Shown here: piece by piece, positions 15,599 to 16,351 of the stretch
How the letters are laid out: every line of letters begins with the position of its first letter
Position numbering within the stretch: position 1 is the first letter of the stretch
Notes under the pieces: model-generated
Seen by the model: only the letters and a program-made list of their open reading frames with translations
The model's database searches: none
Told to the model about the DNA's origin: nothing
Program-made: the position numbers and the translations under genes
Assembly (NCBI GenBank): GCA_040260805.1
Contig: JBDQPD010000078.1
Span: 1-16,351 of the forward strand
Source of the DNA: Myxococcota bacterium
GTDB lineage: Bacteria > Myxococcota > UBA4151
DNA length: 16,351 nt
Reading direction: 5' to 3'

Positions 15599-16351
15599 AT
15601 GATTCGACGAATTCTAATCTTTTCTGCCTGCATCATCGCCTGGAGTGGCTGCACCGAACGCGCCACCGAGAGCGCTGCCGCTGGCTGTGTCAGTGATAAC
15701 GACTGCGCTCGCCCTTTAAGCTGTCTGCTCGGCGCCTGTCGAGCGAAAGTCTGCGAGCCCGGGGAGCTTCGTTGCAACGACTCAGACCTCGAGGCCTGCT
15801 CAACAGACGGGCAAGGCTTTGCGTTCAATCGCGCCTGCGGCGCGGGCTGTGACACCGAGAACACGCGCTGCCGAGATGCCATCTGCGCAGCCTTCGCTAC
15901 GCGCTGCTTTGACGGCAACAAGGAGCGCTGCATCGCTGGCGGTGGCGGCTGGGTGCTGGAAGAGGAATGTGATGAAGGCTGCGTCGAGGGCACCTGCGTG
16001 GCGCCGGGCGACCGCGTCTGCTCGGACGGGCAGACGCGCTGCGTCGACGGCAGCGTTCAGACCTGCAACTCGGTCGGCAGCGGCTGGGTCCACACCGAGA
16101 GCTGCGCCGTTGGCTGCGCCGCCGGGTCCTGCGCTGAGGCGCCCTGTCCCGAGGGTCAGATGCGCTGCGTCAGCGACACCCTAGAGATCTGCGGATCGAG
16201 CGGTTGGCGCTACGGTCGCACCTGCGATTATGGCTGCCGAGAGGGGCAATGCCTTGAGTCAACCTGCGAGCGCGGCGCGCTGCGCTGCCGCGGCGACGAC
16301 GTCGAAGCTTGCGCTCCGGACCAGCGTTCATGGTTGTACCGCCAGACCTGC
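15599..16351 (+). CDS. Cysteine-rich repeat lipoprotein, 3'-truncated (absent from the ORF track because no stop lies in the window)
   Basis: Manual translation from ATG 15599 (GGAG SD at 15586-15589): MIRRILIFSACIIAWSG-C, then CVSDNDCARPLSCLLGAC, then tandem 40-45 aa units with six Cys. Open for 251 codons to the window end. Confidence 0.9.
   Translation, partial: MIRRILIFSACIIAWSGCTERATESAAAGCVSDNDCARPLSCLLGACRAKVCEPGELRCNDSDLEACSTDGQGFAFNRACGAGCDTENTRCRDAICAAFATRCFDGNKERCIAGGGGWVLEEECDEGCVEGTCVAPGDRVCSDGQTRCVDGSVQTCNSVGSGWVHTESCAVGCAAGSCAEAPCPEGQMRCVSDTLEICGSSGWRYGRTCDYGCREGQCLESTCERGALRCRGDDVEACAPDQRSWLYRQTC
15752..16351 (+). repeat. Protein-level tandem repeat: four complete and one partial six-Cys units
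   Basis: Consensus C-x2-G-x2-R-C-x7-C-x4-6-W/F-x5-C-x2-G-C-x4-6-C; units start at aa 52, 96, 141, 183 and 223. Confidence 0.85.

Noticed and set aside
15517..16184. ORFs 15517-15993 (-), 15800-16093 (-) and 15819-16184 (+)
   Set aside because: Shadows of the Cys-repeat lipoprotein starting at 15599, which has an SD, lipobox and periodic repeats.
1..16351. CRISPR array, IS element, prophage or defence system
   Set aside because: No regularly spaced DNA repeats and no transposase, integrase, phage or defence motifs were recognised.

Overview
GC-rich bacterial window. The protein families suggest a Myxococcota or other deltaproteobacterial-type organism (inference from the RCC1 lipoprotein with DAG-rich linker, the Cys-rich lipoprotein, the EGF-like module and the phasin-like gene). 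The minus-strand core is leuS-lptE-holA-rpsT-yqeY-dnaG, converging on a plus-strand block of tRNA-Ile2(CAT), a C4 zinc-ribbon gene and rnpB. The left side has a 5'-truncated TCAF/FAM115-like M60 metallopeptidase with an EGF-like module, a phasin-like protein, a DUF3152 metalloprotease, rimI and a TonB-dependent receptor. The right side has a divergent pair of predicted lipoproteins: a 7-blade RCC1/BLIP-II propeller, and a 3'-truncated six-cysteine-repeat protein missing from the ORF track. No mobile element, CRISPR array or defence system was seen. The most notable points are the animal-TCAF-like peptidase, a 24-bp palindromic helix enclosing rnpB and covering the upstream stop codon, an RNase P RNA apparently lacking the L15 GGU motif, and a rearranged dnaG locus without rpsU or rpoD. 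All family assignments come from motif recognition by eye, not database searches.
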